From the NCBI RefSeq assembly GCF_035084215.1, contig NC_090325.1:11346001-11410000 (forward strand): 64,000 nucleotides of DNA, in the 5' to 3' direction. This stretch comes from Heptranchias perlo (taxonomy: Eukaryota). Made by a program: the position numbers and the translations under genes. Shown one piece after another: positions 24,505 to 37,654 of the stretch (positions are counted from its first letter, which is position 1; each line of letters begins with the position of its first letter). Below the pieces are notes generated by a model. That model did not search any database. It was given only the letters and a program-made list of their open reading frames with translations, and was not told the DNA's origin.

Positions 24505-26848
24505 GAAAGAATCATATATAGAGGAATAGAATCATTCAGAATCATACAATCATACAATCATTCATAGAATCATGGAATCATTCATAGAATCAATCATAGA
24601 ATCATTCATTGAATCAATCATAGAATTATTCATTGAATCATTCATTGAATCATGGAATCATTCATAGAATCATTCATAGAATCATAGAATCATTCATGGA
24701 ATCATTCATAGAATCATTGAATCATTCATAGAATCATAGAATCATTATTAGAATCATGAAATCATTCATAGAATCATTCATAGAATCATTCATAGAATCA
24801 TAGAATCATTCATAGAATCAATCATAGAATCATTCATTGAATCATTCCTTGAATCATTCATAGAATTAAACGTAGAATCATTCATTGAATCATTCATAGA
24901 ATCATTCATGGAATCATTCATAGAATCATTCATAGAATCATGGAATCATTCATAGAATCATTGAATCATTCATAGAATCATAGAATCATTCATTGAATCA
25001 TTCATAGAACCATCGAATCATTCATAGAATCATAGACTCATTCATAGAATCATAGACTCATTCATTGAATCATTCATAGAATCATCAAATCATTCATTGA
25101 ATCATTCATAGAACCATCGAATCATTCATAGAATCATAGAATCATTCATTGAATCATTCATTGAATCATTCATAGAATCAGTGAATCATTCACTAAATCA
25201 GTGAATCATTCACTAAATCATTGAATCATTCATAGAATCATAGAATCATTCATAGAATCAATCATAGAATCATTCATTGAATCATTCCTTGAATCATTCC
25301 TTGAATCATTCATAGAATCAAACGTAGAATCATTCATTGAATCATTCATTGAGTCATTCATAGAATTATTCATAGAATTATTCATAGAATTATTCATTGA
25401 ATCATTCTTTGAATCATGGAATCATTCATTGAATCATTCATAGAATCATTGAATCATTCACAGAATCATAGAATCATTCATAGAATCATGGAATCATTCA
25501 TAGAATCATCGAATCATTCATTGAATCATTCATAGAATCATCAAATCATTCATTGAATAATTCGTAGAATCATAGAATCATTCATTGAATCATTCATTGA
25601 ATCATTTAGTCATTCATAGAATCATAGTATTATTCGTTGAACCATTCATTGAATCATTCATAGAATCATTGAATCATTCATAGAATCATTGAATCAGTCA
25701 TTGAATCAGTCATTGAATCATCCATAGAATCATTGAATCATTCATAGAATCATTCATAGAATAATTGAATCATTCATAGAATCATTGAATCATTCATAGA
25801 ATCATTGAATCATTCATTGAATCATAGAATCATTCATTGAATCATTCATAGAATCACTGAATCATTCATAGAATCCTGAATCATTCATAGAATCATTGAA
25901 TCATTCATAGAATCATTCATAGAATCATTGAATCATTCATTGAATCATTCATAGAATCATTGAATCATTCATAGAATCACTGAATCATTCATTCATTCAT
26001 TGAATCATTCATAGAATCATTGAATCATTCATTGAATCATTCATAGAATCATTGAATCATTCATAGAATCACTGAATCACTCATAGAATCATTGAATCAT
26101 TCATTGAATCATTCATAGAATCACTGAATCATTCATAGAATCATTCATTGAATCATAAAATCATTCATTGAATCATTCATAGAATCATTTAGTCATTCAT
26201 AGAATCATAGTATCATTCGTTGAACCATACATTGAATCATAGAATCAATCATAGAATCAATCATTGAATCATTCATAGAATCATTGAATCATAGAAACAT
26301 TCATTGAATCATTCATAGAAACATTCATTGAATCATTCATAGAATCATTGAATCATTCATAGAATCATTGAATCATTCATTGAATCATCAATAGAATCAT
26401 TTATTGAATCATTCATAGAATCATTCATTGAATCATAGAATCATTGATTCTATGGTTCTATGGCTCTATGATTCTATGACTATGAATGATTCTTTCATAA
26501 AATCATTCACAGCCATAGAAGCATTGAATCATAGCCTTAGAGTTATAGAGTCATAGAATCAGATTTGTAGAATCATTTCATCATAAAATCATTCATAGCG
26601 TCATTGAATCGTGGAATCATGCATGGAATTATTGAGTCATAGAATCATAAAATCATTCATAGAATCCTTCATAGAATCATAGATTGAATCATATAATCAT
26701 TGATAGAATCATGCATTGAATCATAGAGTCATAGTAATAGAATCATGCATAGATTCCTTCATAGAATCATAGATTGAATCATATAATCATTGATAGAATC
26801 ATTCATTGAATCATAGAATCATAGTCATAGAATCATTCATAGAATCAT
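24505..26848. repeat. About 2.3-kb satellite of (GAATCATA)/(GAATCATTCATA)/(GAATCATT) units
   Basis: Directly visible mixed 8- and 12-bp units, contiguous with a minus-strand CR1 3' end at 26849-26945. Confidence 0.97.
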
Positions 26849-27073
26849 ACAGCAGAGAAGGAGGCCATTCAGCCCATCGTGCCTGTGCCGGCTCTTTGAA
26901 AGAGCTATTCAATTAGTCCCACTTTTCCCACTCTGTCCCCATAGGAACTGTAAACCAGCAAAGGTCAGTGACATCCCGAGAGAAAGGGGGGCGAGGGGAG
27001 GGAGAGGGAATACTATGCGTATTAGTGTGTACCGTAATTAGATAAACAATTAATTGTGCGGTTTGCATTATAG

Positions 27074-27148
27074 GAGACAATCCTACCGAACTGGGCAGGA
27101 CATTGCGAACTGTGGGACCTGTCGAGACTGTGCCTGCATCATCTACAG
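27074..27148 (+). CDS. INSYN2B: INSYN2-family 75-nt internal coding exon
   Basis: TTTGCATTATAG|G AGA CAA TCC TAC CGA ACT GGG CAG GAC...ATC ATC TAC AG|GTAAAC. Phase 2-2 and in frame with the upstream exon. Translates (G)RQSYRTGQDIANCGTCRDCACIIY(S), matching the conserved YRTGQDxxNCxTCxxxACIIYS block. Too short for the ORF track. Confidence 0.93.
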
Positions 27149-27667
27149 GTAAACATACCTTCCTACACCTCTGTCTAACACCGCCCATGCTGCGAGGCCG
27201 AGAGCCAATATCCCCACTGGACAAATAATGCTCCATTTAACCTTGACAGTTCAGAGATAAATTTAGCTCTGCCCATTAGAGATCTTCCAAACGCTCACAC
27301 ACTATTAAGCAGATGTAGTCTCCGGGGAAACAACCAATTCTCATATACTTGTTGGCATTAATATATGCGGTTCGTTAGGCAGGGTTATCATCATCTGATC
27401 GTTCCTGATAGCATAATAATCGTTCATAAAAGATATTCACTGATCCAACCAGTGCCGAAAGCAGAACAAGAAAGAGGAATAAGTAAACTCCTTCAATGAA
27501 AATGAACGCATATGGACTGGGGGCTTTACATAGGAAGTATCAGTGCTGAAATAACTCTTATGCTTGGAAAATGTGATGCAGGTTTTCATTAATGATGACA
27601 GCCTACACAACAACAGGCTCTGCTCTACTAGGCAAATCATTGTATGTGAAGCACTTTGAAAAGGCAA

Positions 27668-28530
27668 ATATAGTAACAGACTTCAGGAGGACATAGACAG
27701 ATTGGTGAAATGGGCAGACACGTGGCAGATGAAATTTAATGGAGAGAAGTGAAATGTGATGCTTTTTAGTAGGAAGAATGAGGAGAGGCAATATAAACTA
27801 AATGGTACAATTCTAAAGGGGATGCAGGAACAGAGAGACTTGGGGGATGCACTTACACAAATCTTTGAAGGTGGCAGGACAAGTTGAGAAGGCTGTTAAA
27901 AACACATATGGGATCCTGGGCTTTATTAATAGAGGCATAGAGTACAAAAGCAAGGAAGTTATGCTGAACCTTTATAAAACACTGGTTAGGCCTCAGCTGG
28001 AGCATTGTGTTCAATTCTGGGCACCACACTTTAGGAAGGATGTGAAGGCTTTAGAGGGTGCAGAATGAGATTTACTAGACCAGGGATGAGGGACTTCAGT
28101 TATGTGAAGAGACTGGAGAAGCTCGGGTTGTTCTCCTTAGAACAGAGAAGGTTAAGGGTAGATTTGATAGAGGTGTTCAAGATCATGAATGGTTTTGACA
28201 GAGTAAATAAGGAGAAACTATTTCCAATGACAGAAGGGTCGGTAACCAGAGGACACAGATTTAACGTGATCAGCAAAAGAGCCAGAGGCGACATGAGGAA
28301 TCATTTTTTTATGCAGTGAGTTGCAATGATCTGGAATGCGCTGCCTGAAAGGGTGGTGGAAGCAGATTCAATAGTAATTTTCAAAAGGGAATTGGATAAA
28401 TACTTGAAGGGAAAAAATTTACAGGGCTATGGGGAAAGAGCAGGGGAATGGGACTAATTGGATAGCTCTTTCAAAGAGCCGGTACAGGCACGATGGGCCG
28501 AATGGCCTCCTCCTGTGCTGTACCTACTAT
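27668..28530 (+). mobile_element. CR1/HER1 3' fragment
   Basis: ORFs 27847 and 28065 encode the CR1 ORF2 C-terminus, followed by the 3' UTR. Confidence 0.92.
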
Positions 28531-29276
28531 GACAAATGCAAGTTCTTTCTTATATTGAAAATGTATCAAGTCAACCAGTGGAGACAGAGAAGGAGGGGGA
28601 GAGGTTACTTGGCTTGTATTCCCTTGAGTTTACAAGACTGAGTGGTCATCTGGTCAAGGTGTTCAAAATGATAAAGGGATTCGATCAGGTCGAAACGGAG
28701 AAACTACTTCCTCTAGTGGGGGAATCAAGAACAAGGGGGCATCATGTTCAAATTAGAGCTAGGCTATTTAGGAGTGAAATCAGGAAACACCGTTTCAACC
28801 CGATTGAATCCCTTGATCACAAAGGGTAGTAAAAATCTGGAACTCTCTCACCAAAAAAGCTGTAGCTGCTGGGTCAATTGGAGCTTTCAAGACTGAGAAC
28901 GATAGATTTTTGTTGGGTAAATGCATCAAAGTTGAGGTACAGATCAGCCGTGATCGAATTGAATGGCGCAACAGGCTCAAGGAGCTGAATGGCCTACTCC
29001 TGTTCATAATGCTCCTACTTGTACTGTTATAGAAATGGATGTCAGGTGAGGATAGGATCAGGCTTGATGGTGATGGCTCCCATGGTTCTGTCTTCTGCTC
29101 CCCTATCCTTGTCAACTTTGATGTTGACCAGTTGATTGGTCTTGTTTTCCTCCAATCAAAAATTGTTCATCATTCCAAATTAATGGGGCCGGTTTTATTG
29201 AGGTTCTATTGGGAACACTGAGGTGCGAGGCTTTGATTCTAAACACTGAAATAAATTAACAGGCATGCCACCTCCA

Positions 29277-29550
29277 TAGGGTTGCCAACACTCCAGGATC
29301 GTCCTGGAGTCTCCAGAAATCAAAGGTTAATCTCCTGGACGCTGCTGCGAGCAAAACCCAGGAGAAAAATCATAGGGGCATTGAAAAAAGTTGTGTTTTT
29401 TTTTTCATTACCTTTGGACACTTTTGTTTATTAGTGATAAATTATTGGAGATGGAGGGAAAAAGGCTGTTTGACTGGGCGGGGCAGTTGGAGGCGGGAGT
29501 TCATGCAATGAAACCTCCAGGAATATGGCCAACCAGAGTTGGCAACCCTT
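29277..29550. mobile_element. hAT-like MITE (TAGGGTTGCCAAC termini)
   Basis: TIRs TAGGGTTGCCAAC / GTTGGCAACCCTT; 8-bp flanks CACCTCCA / TATCTCCA (6/8 match). Confidence 0.75.
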
Positions 29551-32344
29551 TATCTCCATGCAGATTGAGTTACCTTACGTGTGTACACCACTATCTAGAT
29601 ACTGGTTTAGTCAATCCCATGACAAAACATGAGAAACTGGCTGACAGGCTTAGATAGAGTTAACAGCCTCTCCCGACATCAGCTTCTTGTTTTCTCATAA
29701 AGGAGTAGCATTTTTCAGCCTGGGCAAACAAAAGAAGCATCTGCTTTGCCTATTGATATGCCCTCTTGGATTGTACAAGGCAGGGCCTGGCTCACTTTGA
29801 CGGGACCAGGATTGTCAAACAGATTTCCATATTTTCATAGATGGCCCATTTAGTTAAATCAGATTGAGCATCAAAACTGGAATGAATGTCCCATTATATT
29901 GCCAAATTGACTCTTTGATTAAAATTGAGTGTGTGGGAAGAGCAGAAAAAATATACTGATCCCGAAATTCCTCTGGGCTTCCACAAAGCCTCCTGCCTTA
30001 ACTGCAGTGGGAGATTGGCAGAAAGCCCCCAGAAAACACCGGAAACTTGGTTGTTCCAGGTCTTACCATTTCTGGGCAGCTTCCTGCTTGCCTCTGACCA
30101 TCCCTTAAGAATCATAGACTGGTTATAGCACAGAAGGAGTCCATTCAGCCCATCAAGCCCATGCTGGCTCTTTGTAAGAGCAATCCAGTTAGTCCCATTC
30201 CCCTGCTTTTTCCCCATAGCCCTGCAAATTTTTTCCCTTCAAGTATTTATTCAATTCTTTTTTGAAAGTTACTATTGAATCTGCTTTTAGGCAGCGCCTT
30301 CCAGGTCATAACAACTCGCTGCGTAAAAAAGCTTTTCCTCATGCAAAAATGAAGCAGTTCAAGATGCTGCTCTTTCAAGTCATTACCCTTTTCAATGGGG
30401 GAACTAATCCCAAATGTTGAAATTACGTTCTTTCAAAGCATTACTCTATCTTGCCTCAAGTCCTCAGTGTAGATTGTAAAGCTTTGGATCTTGGCGTCCC
30501 AGTATCTAACTGCGTTTAAGTGTTGAGTGAAGCATACTGATCTGTATCTGTTAACGGAACACTAGGTGGCTCCCTGGATGGGAGTAAGCACATCGTAGCA
30601 GTTACACTCCAAGGTCTCTCTTGCATTGTTTTTGTTATTCTTTGGCAGAATATTCCAGAGAGTTTACCTGTGTTCATTTACTAATTACAAGTAGTTAGTT
30701 ATTACCACACCAATTGAAGTATTGATTCGGACTTAACATAGACAAGTGTGCATTTTTAGAAATGTAATCTATTTATAAGAATTAACAAGGAGGATAAATT
30801 TAACTGATCTACCCCATACTCCTTAACGTAATGAAGAGAGATATCTGCAGATACTGGCATCTCAGTCACTCCTTGTTATCTTGTTCTATCTACAAACTCT
30901 ATGCACAGAGGATATGGGCTAAAGGTTGGAAGAGGAGAGGTGTACAGAGAGTTTAACTACTTTATGTGGAGGATGGGACATGTGGAATGGATTGGGCCAG
31001 GGAGCCACTGGAGGCAGATAGAGGGGAAGAACTTAAGGGATAATTGAATAGATATTTGAGGGCCAGACAATCGAGAGAGGTTGAGAAATGAGCTGCAAAG
31101 TCTGTTCTACTTCTGTATTTTGTAATGTTCTCTAGTTTTAGAACTTCTGGTTGGAGGCAACTGGGAAACCAGTTTGTCTCGACCCTCCCCTCCTGCGTTG
31201 GCACGACGTTTCTGCTGGTGACATCGCGAATGGGCGCAGCGAATTACGGGTAGATTTCCATATTGACTGGGTAGGGCATCACGATGTCATAGGAGGAGAC
31301 GTTCCACACACAATGTCAGCACTGCCTCAGACTATCAGTCCTAAAACAATGGTAACAAGGGGTGACCGAGAGAGGGGCAGATTAGCATGCAAATAGCTTA
31401 CTTACTTTATTACCATTAGCACTGTGAGAACATTGAACAACACCACTGCATCCATTAAGTGTACAGTGGCGTGGAGATCTGGCTGAAAACTGCAACTGTG
31501 AGCAGGATGGGCAATAAATGCCGGCCTCACCAGCGACGCCCACATCCCATGAACGAATTTTAAAAAAGGAATTGACTGGAGTCGGTGGATTGTTTGGTCT
31601 TTACAGAAGTGACACATGATGTGAGCAGCACTAGGTTACGACACATTCCTCCACCCCAGCCCCTAGCACCACCCCTTCCCCCCACCCCTGCACCCTGTTA
31701 AGAAGTTACTTTCCTGCTGGAGTGCAGTTAAACTGCTGCTAGACAACATTCCAGTACTTCATGCAAGTGGGCATTTTTCATGCATGAGCTCAAACGGTGA
31801 ATGTGAGCCAGCTGTAACGACTGTCGGGGGAGCAAGCCATACTGTGCTCACTCGTCATCATAGGAGTAGAAATTGGTGTGCGTTGGGCCCGTTTTCCGGG
31901 CGTAAAACAGGTGCCAATTTAGCAGTGGGACGGCCTGCACCCAATCTGGCCAGGCTTTGGTCCCACTGCTAAATTTGTGGGGCCACATTTTTTAGGCAGC
32001 CCGGGAGAACACCTAAAACAGGCGTTAGCCCCTTTAATGATGGGCCTAACGCCCGTTGAGGACCCTCTTTTTGAAATTTGTTGCTGATGAACGAGCTGTC
32101 TGTGGAGATGCGGCCAATGCCGGCTGCTCGTCCCAAATAGGCTGTCAAGGCCTGAGGATCCATTTCCATCAATCCTTGGGCCTACTGGCTCGGCCGTCGC
32201 TGCTCACGCAGACCGATTGTGGGCACAAAAATGGGCCCAAACCAAAATCTACCCTGTATACTTTCTAATAGGAGTCACTCTAACAATCAGGAGCAGGAAC
32301 ACTGGCACGATTTTCCCATCTTTAACTCAGGAGCTAAGTGCACT

Positions 32345-32796
32345 GTAACAGGCGTAGCTCAGTGGGTAGCACTCCCGCCTCTAAATCAGAAAGTTGTGGC
32401 TTCAAGTCCCACTCTAGAGACTTGAGCACAAAATCTAGGCTGACACTCTAAGCACTACTGAGAGAGTGCTGCACTGTTAGAGGTGCTGTCTTCCGGACGA
32501 GGTCTAAAACCGAAAGCCCCGTCTGCCCTCTCAGGTGGATGTAAACAATCCCACAGCACTATTTCAAAGAAGAGTAGGGGAGTTCTCCCGGTGTCCTGAC
32601 CAATGTTTATCCCTCAACCAATGCCTAAAAACAGATTATCCAGTCATTATCTCATTGCTGATTGTGGGATCTTGCTGTGCGCAAATTGGCTGCCGAGTTT
32701 CCTGCATTACAACAGTGACTACACTTCATTGGCTGTAAAGAGCTTTGGGACGTCCTGAGGTCGTGAAAGGTGCGATATAAATGGGAGTTCTTTTTT
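32345..32796 (+). mobile_element. Near full-length Deu-domain SINE (SacSINE1-like)
   Basis: A box TAGCTCAGTGG, B-box-like GCTTCAAGTCCC, Deu core, tail GGGACGTCCTGAGGTCGTGAAAGG. Confidence 0.85.
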
Positions 32797-33564
32797 GCAG
32801 TGGCACTATCAACATCCAAGCTGAGAGCAGCTAACTCAGCATAGACTAGCAATCAAACCTAGGAAACTTCTGCTCTTCAGGGCTTTGTACTGCAACGGCT
32901 TGGCAATTATCCACAGAGAGGGCAGTGGAGTCCTGGCACATGCTTTAATGCAACACTTTGATGCTAAGTTATGTCTTACCTTGATAACAAAGGGTTAAAT
33001 TTACAATGATTGTCATTATAATTACATCCCTGATAACAGTTAGCCCTGTTTATCACTTGACATTAAATGCAGATAATTCTGCCAAGAACTGCTGGATCAG
33101 AAAATAATCAGCTTACAACTTTTGTGACACAGGCCATTTCACCATTAATTTTACAACTGAATACAAAATTAAGATTGCGCACAAAATATTATCCAATCAT
33201 GAAGTGTATCCACAAAAGTCGTATTTTAGTAGACAGTGTTAATCTGCACCGAGCCAACAGCTGGTCCAACCTTTAAATGACATTAAACAACGGAACAACA
33301 ATACAGAGCATGTAGGACATGGAAAACATTACTGATTGGAAAATATATCACGCAGGGTGAAGGACTAGGAGTCTCAAATCAGGATCCTTAAATAGTATGA
33401 CTCAGCATCAGGACGTTTTAGAGAGAGGGTTTCACCAGTAGGAGCTCAGAATCAGGGGCTTTTTCACCTTCCCAATTCTTAAAGAGGGAATCTCATTATT
33501 TGTATCCCTTAATGAGGAGGATTTCACTTTGGATCTCTTAAAGAGGGAATCTCACCATCAGGAC

Positions 33565-33917
33565 CATGAAGGGTTTTGATAGAGTAAATAGGGAGAAATT
33601 GTTTTCACTGGCAGGAGCGCGGGTAACTGGGGGACATAGATTTAAGATAATTGGCAAAAAATCCACGGGGAAAGTAAGGAATTTTTTTTTTAGGCAGCGA
33701 TTTGTTAAGATCTGTAACGCACTGCCTGCAAGGGCGGTGGAAGCAGATTCAATAGTAACTTTCAAAACGGAATTGAATAAATACTTGAAATGGAATAATT
33801 TGTAGGACTGTGGAGAAAGAGCAGTGGGGGGAGTGGGACTAATTGGATCGCTCTTTCAAAGAGCTGGCACAGGCACGATGGACCAAATGGCCTCCTTCTG
33901 TGCTGTATTATTCTATG
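33565..33917 (+). mobile_element. CR1/HER1 3' fragment
   Basis: MKGFDRVNREKLF..GHRFK; ATTCTATG end. Confidence 0.88.
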
Positions 33918-33931
33918 AGGACCTCTGAATT

Positions 33932-34618
33932 GGGGGGTTCGATTTTAACTCCCCGGTGGGCCTACAGTAAAGGGAGCGGAGCAGTAGCAGCGAGGATTGG
34001 ACCTCATTAAAATGCTGCTCGATGACTTCCCGCCCTAAAATGGCTTTGGGACGTCCTGAGGTCGTGAAAGGCGCTATATAAACGTTATATAACAGCCGCC
34101 CGCCAGTTAAAATAGGGTGGCAGGAGCCCACCGCCAGGAGCCCAAAGGAAAGGTCCCCGGCACAAGGTAAGCACTCCAATTGGGGGTGGGAGGGAGGGGA
34201 AGCCCAAGGCAGGGGAGATCCAAGGTTTCCTTGTGGGATCCTGGGGAATATTCCTGCTTCTCCTGGCCCACAAGGAAACTAAATAAAATGTAAAATTCAC
34301 CGCACTGGGCCTCTTCTGGCCCTGGCTCTTGTTCCCGGCTGGTTTGACCTGAGGGGAATGAAGCTACCACTGCCACCACCCCACTCACTGCTCAGGCCTC
34401 AGGTTAAAATAGCAGATCAGGCCCCGATGATATTATCGGAGCCCGATCTGCAAATTTAAAGAGGACCCCACCAGCTTGGCATTAGCGTTCTTGACGTCTG
34501 CAAGTTAAAGTTGTAGTCAGCCAGTTCAGGTCGGAATAAGAAAAAGTAACTCCCCCGATCTTTTTCAACTGCCCCCCTGCCTGGTTTCCACTCGGTGAAG
34601 GGACTTAAAATCGACCCC
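33932..34618. mobile_element. Non-autonomous DNA transposon (Harbinger-like GGG...CCC termini)
   Basis: TIRs GGGGTTCGATTTTAACTCCC / GGGACTTAAAATCGACCCC. Confidence 0.65.
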
Positions 34619-34914
34619 GGGGTGTCTCACTATCACGTTCCATTTTAAAAGAGTCTCACTGTCAGTGGCCCTTCTTGCAATGAAGTGTGACCATCAGGAC
34701 AACTTTTAATCTTTGCGTATGGAATGAATCAATAAACTACTGGCCCTGTTTAAAAGCATTCATTCCAGTTCAAGTACACGAAACTCGGCCTCAAAGTGAA
34801 ATCATTTTTCTTTTTGTGAAGCACACATTCAATTTCAGGTTCTTAAGCTGAAGAAACAGAGAATGACGTAAGATAGAATTCAGCCACAGTTCATAAAACA
34901 AGTCCTGGGAGCAT

Positions 34915-35918
34915 TGTGTGTGTGTGTGTTTATATACGTATGTCCGCACATGTTTGTGTATCTGTATGCGTATGTCTGCATGTGTTTGTGTGTGTGCGTA
35001 TGTCCGCATGTGTTTGTGTGGGCATATGTCCGCATGTGTTTGTGTGGGCGTATGTCTGCATGTGTTTGTGTGTGAGCGTATGTCCGCATGTGTTTGTGTG
35101 TGTGCGTATGTCTGCATGTGTTTGTGTGTGCGTATGTCTGCATGTGTTTGTGTGTGAGCGTATGTCTGCATGTGTTTGTGTGTGAACGTATGTCCGCATA
35201 TGTTTGTGTGTGAACGTATGTCTGCATGTGTTTGTGTATGAGCGTATGTCTGCATGTGTTTGTGTGTGAGCTTATGTCCGCATGTGTTTGTGTGTGCGTA
35301 TGTCTGCATGTGTTTGTGTGTGCGTATGTCTGCATGTGTTTGTGTGTGAGCGTATGTCTGCATGTGTTTGTGTGTGAGCTTATGTCCGCATGTGTTTGTG
35401 TGTGCGTATGTCTGCATGTGTTTGTGTGTGAGCTTATGTCCGCATGTGTTTGTGTGTGCGTATGTCTGCATGTGTTTGTGTGTGAGCGTATGTCTGCATG
35501 TGTTTGTGTGTGCGTATGTCTGCATGTGTTTGTGTGTGTGCGTATGTCTGCATGTGTTTGTGTGTGAGCGTATGTCTGCATGTGTTTGTGTGTGTGCGTA
35601 TGTCTGCATGTGTTTGTGTGTGTGCGTATGTCTGCATGTGTTTGTGTGTGTGCGTATGTCTGCATGTGTTTGTGTGTGCGTATGTCTGCATGTGTTTGTG
35701 TGTGCGTATGTCTGCAGGTGTTTGTGTGCGTATGTCTGCATGTGTTTGTGTGTGTGCGTATGTCTGCACGTGTTTGTGTGTGTGCGTATGTCTGCACGTG
35801 TTTGTGTGTTTGCGCGTGAGTGTGCGCGCGTGTGGATGTGAGTGTATACGCATGTGGGTGTGTGAGTGTGCGCGCATATTTGCGTGTGTGTGTGCGCGCG
35901 TGCGTGCATGCGTGTGTG
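34915..35918. repeat. TG-derived 26-28-bp minisatellite
   Basis: Unit TGTGTTTGTGTG(TG)TGCGTATGTCTGCA repeated over about 1 kb. Confidence 0.97.
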
Positions 35919-36387
35919 TAAATCATATAGTACCAGAATGTAACCAATTTCAAGAATGTACAACTTCTGTTTCATCAGACTGCCCGGCAGTAACGCTCAA
36001 TCAGCTGCCTCATGATTTAGTGACATTTCATTGAAGCACATAAGGCTTTACAATGAAAGGGTTCCGCTGTGCTAAGTTTCAAATTGATACAGTCTTTCAT
36101 CAGGTAAAGTGCAAACACAGGGACAAGAAACCAGTGGTTCATCCGGCATAAGGGAAGGCCAGAATTAACTCAATCAGTTTGAGTATATAAGGGGTAACTC
36201 TGCAGTCTGGCAGTCCCAGCACATGCACCTTAGGAAATTATAGACGCACACTCTATGATTTCATGGGCTGCACACTGCAAATTCCCACAAAATCACCCCC
36301 ACAGAATAGACTGGAACTATAATGGATCAAAAGTCATGGGCTGTGCCCACATCTCCTGAGGTGTGCAGCCTCCGAGTTCTGTACCAT

Positions 36388-36755
36388 TGGGGTTGCCAAC
36401 TCTGGTTGGATATATTCCTGGAGGTTTCATTACATGAGGTCCCGCCTCCACGCTCCCGCCATTGGTTGCTCAACACGTCCATCCTCACAACACATCGTCT
36501 TCCCACGTCAATTGAAAAGTGAACAGAAGCTTCATGACTCAATTGCATGACTCTTGACTGTCAAACAGCCTTTTTTCCCCCAACTCCTATTTTTATAACT
36601 AATAAAGGAAAGCGTCCAAAGAAAATGAAAAAAAGACACAATTTGTTTTAATGCCCCTATGATTTTCCTCCCGGGTGTTGCTCGCAGCAATGCCCTGGAG
36701 ATTAATCTTCAATTCCTGGAGACTCTGGGACAACCCAGGAGGGTTGGCAACCCTA
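36388..36755. mobile_element. hAT-like MITE, inverted relative to 29277-29550
   Basis: TIRs TGGGGTTGCCAAC / GTTGGCAACCCTA; internal sequence is the reverse complement of the 29.3-kb copy. Confidence 0.75.
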
Positions 36756-36824
36756 TGCTCCGTCCACAGAGCGCTGGGTCTCAGAACCACCCCAATAGAA
36801 CTGACTGAACCTTAGATTTCCTCG

Positions 36825-37250
36825 TAAAGAAGGAACTGCATTTATATAACGTTTTACGACCTCAAATCATCCCAAAGCGCTTTACAGCAAATGAAGTACT
36901 TTTGAAGAGTAGTCACTGTTGTGATGTAGGGAAACATGGCAGCTAATTTACGCAGAGCAAGATCCCACAAACAGCAATGACCAGATAATCTGGCTCAGCG
37001 ACGTTGGTTGAGGGATAAATGTTGGGCAGGACACTGGGGGAACTCCCCTGCTCTTCTTCAAAACAGTGCCACAGGATCTTTTGCATCCGCCTGAGAGGGC
37101 AGGCGGGGCCTCGATTTAAAGTCTCAACTGAAAAACAGCACCTCCGACTGCGCAGCACTCCCTCAGTGCTGCACTGGGAGTGTTAGCCTAGATTTTGCTC
37201 TCAAGTCTCTGGAGTGGGACTTGAACCAATAACCTTCTGACTCAGTAGCA
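36825..37250 (-). mobile_element. Deu-domain SINE (SacSINE1-like)
   Basis: Core and tail as in the other copies. Confidence 0.82.
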
Positions 37251-37654
37251 CTCTTTATCCTCAGACCATGCAATGTAATTTTACACCTCTGGCATCATAC
37301 CCCACTGTTGACGTCAAATTTCTGCATGTCTGATCAACTATGATGGGATGCTAGCCATCTTTCCTTTGCTTTTAGATTTGCCATTTTGTGCACAGTGCCA
37401 CATTAGAAATGGGTGTTTTAACTATTTGTTCCATGTTTCCCGTTGCCTCAGCTCCGTCATCTGTGGTCTTTCTTCCAGCTTCACACCCTTGCCCCCTGAA
37501 ACTGTCTTTCTAAATCTCTGCCATGCTACATCACTTCACAAGACTCCCAAAACCCTTCTCTCCAACTATGCTTTTGACCCCGCCCAAGTTCTGTTCCCCT
37601 TTATCCCACCCTCCTCGCTCAGTTTTCAAGCATTTTTTCTTATGTATCTGGCTT

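Noticed and set aside
32345-32420. tRNA gene (A and B boxes)
   Set aside because: Runs directly into the SINE core; a tRNA-derived head rather than a cloverleaf gene.
34791-36034. Long His/Thr- and Cys/Val-rich ORFs up to 394 aa
   Set aside because: Stop-free reading of a TG/CA minisatellite, open in several frames on both strands.
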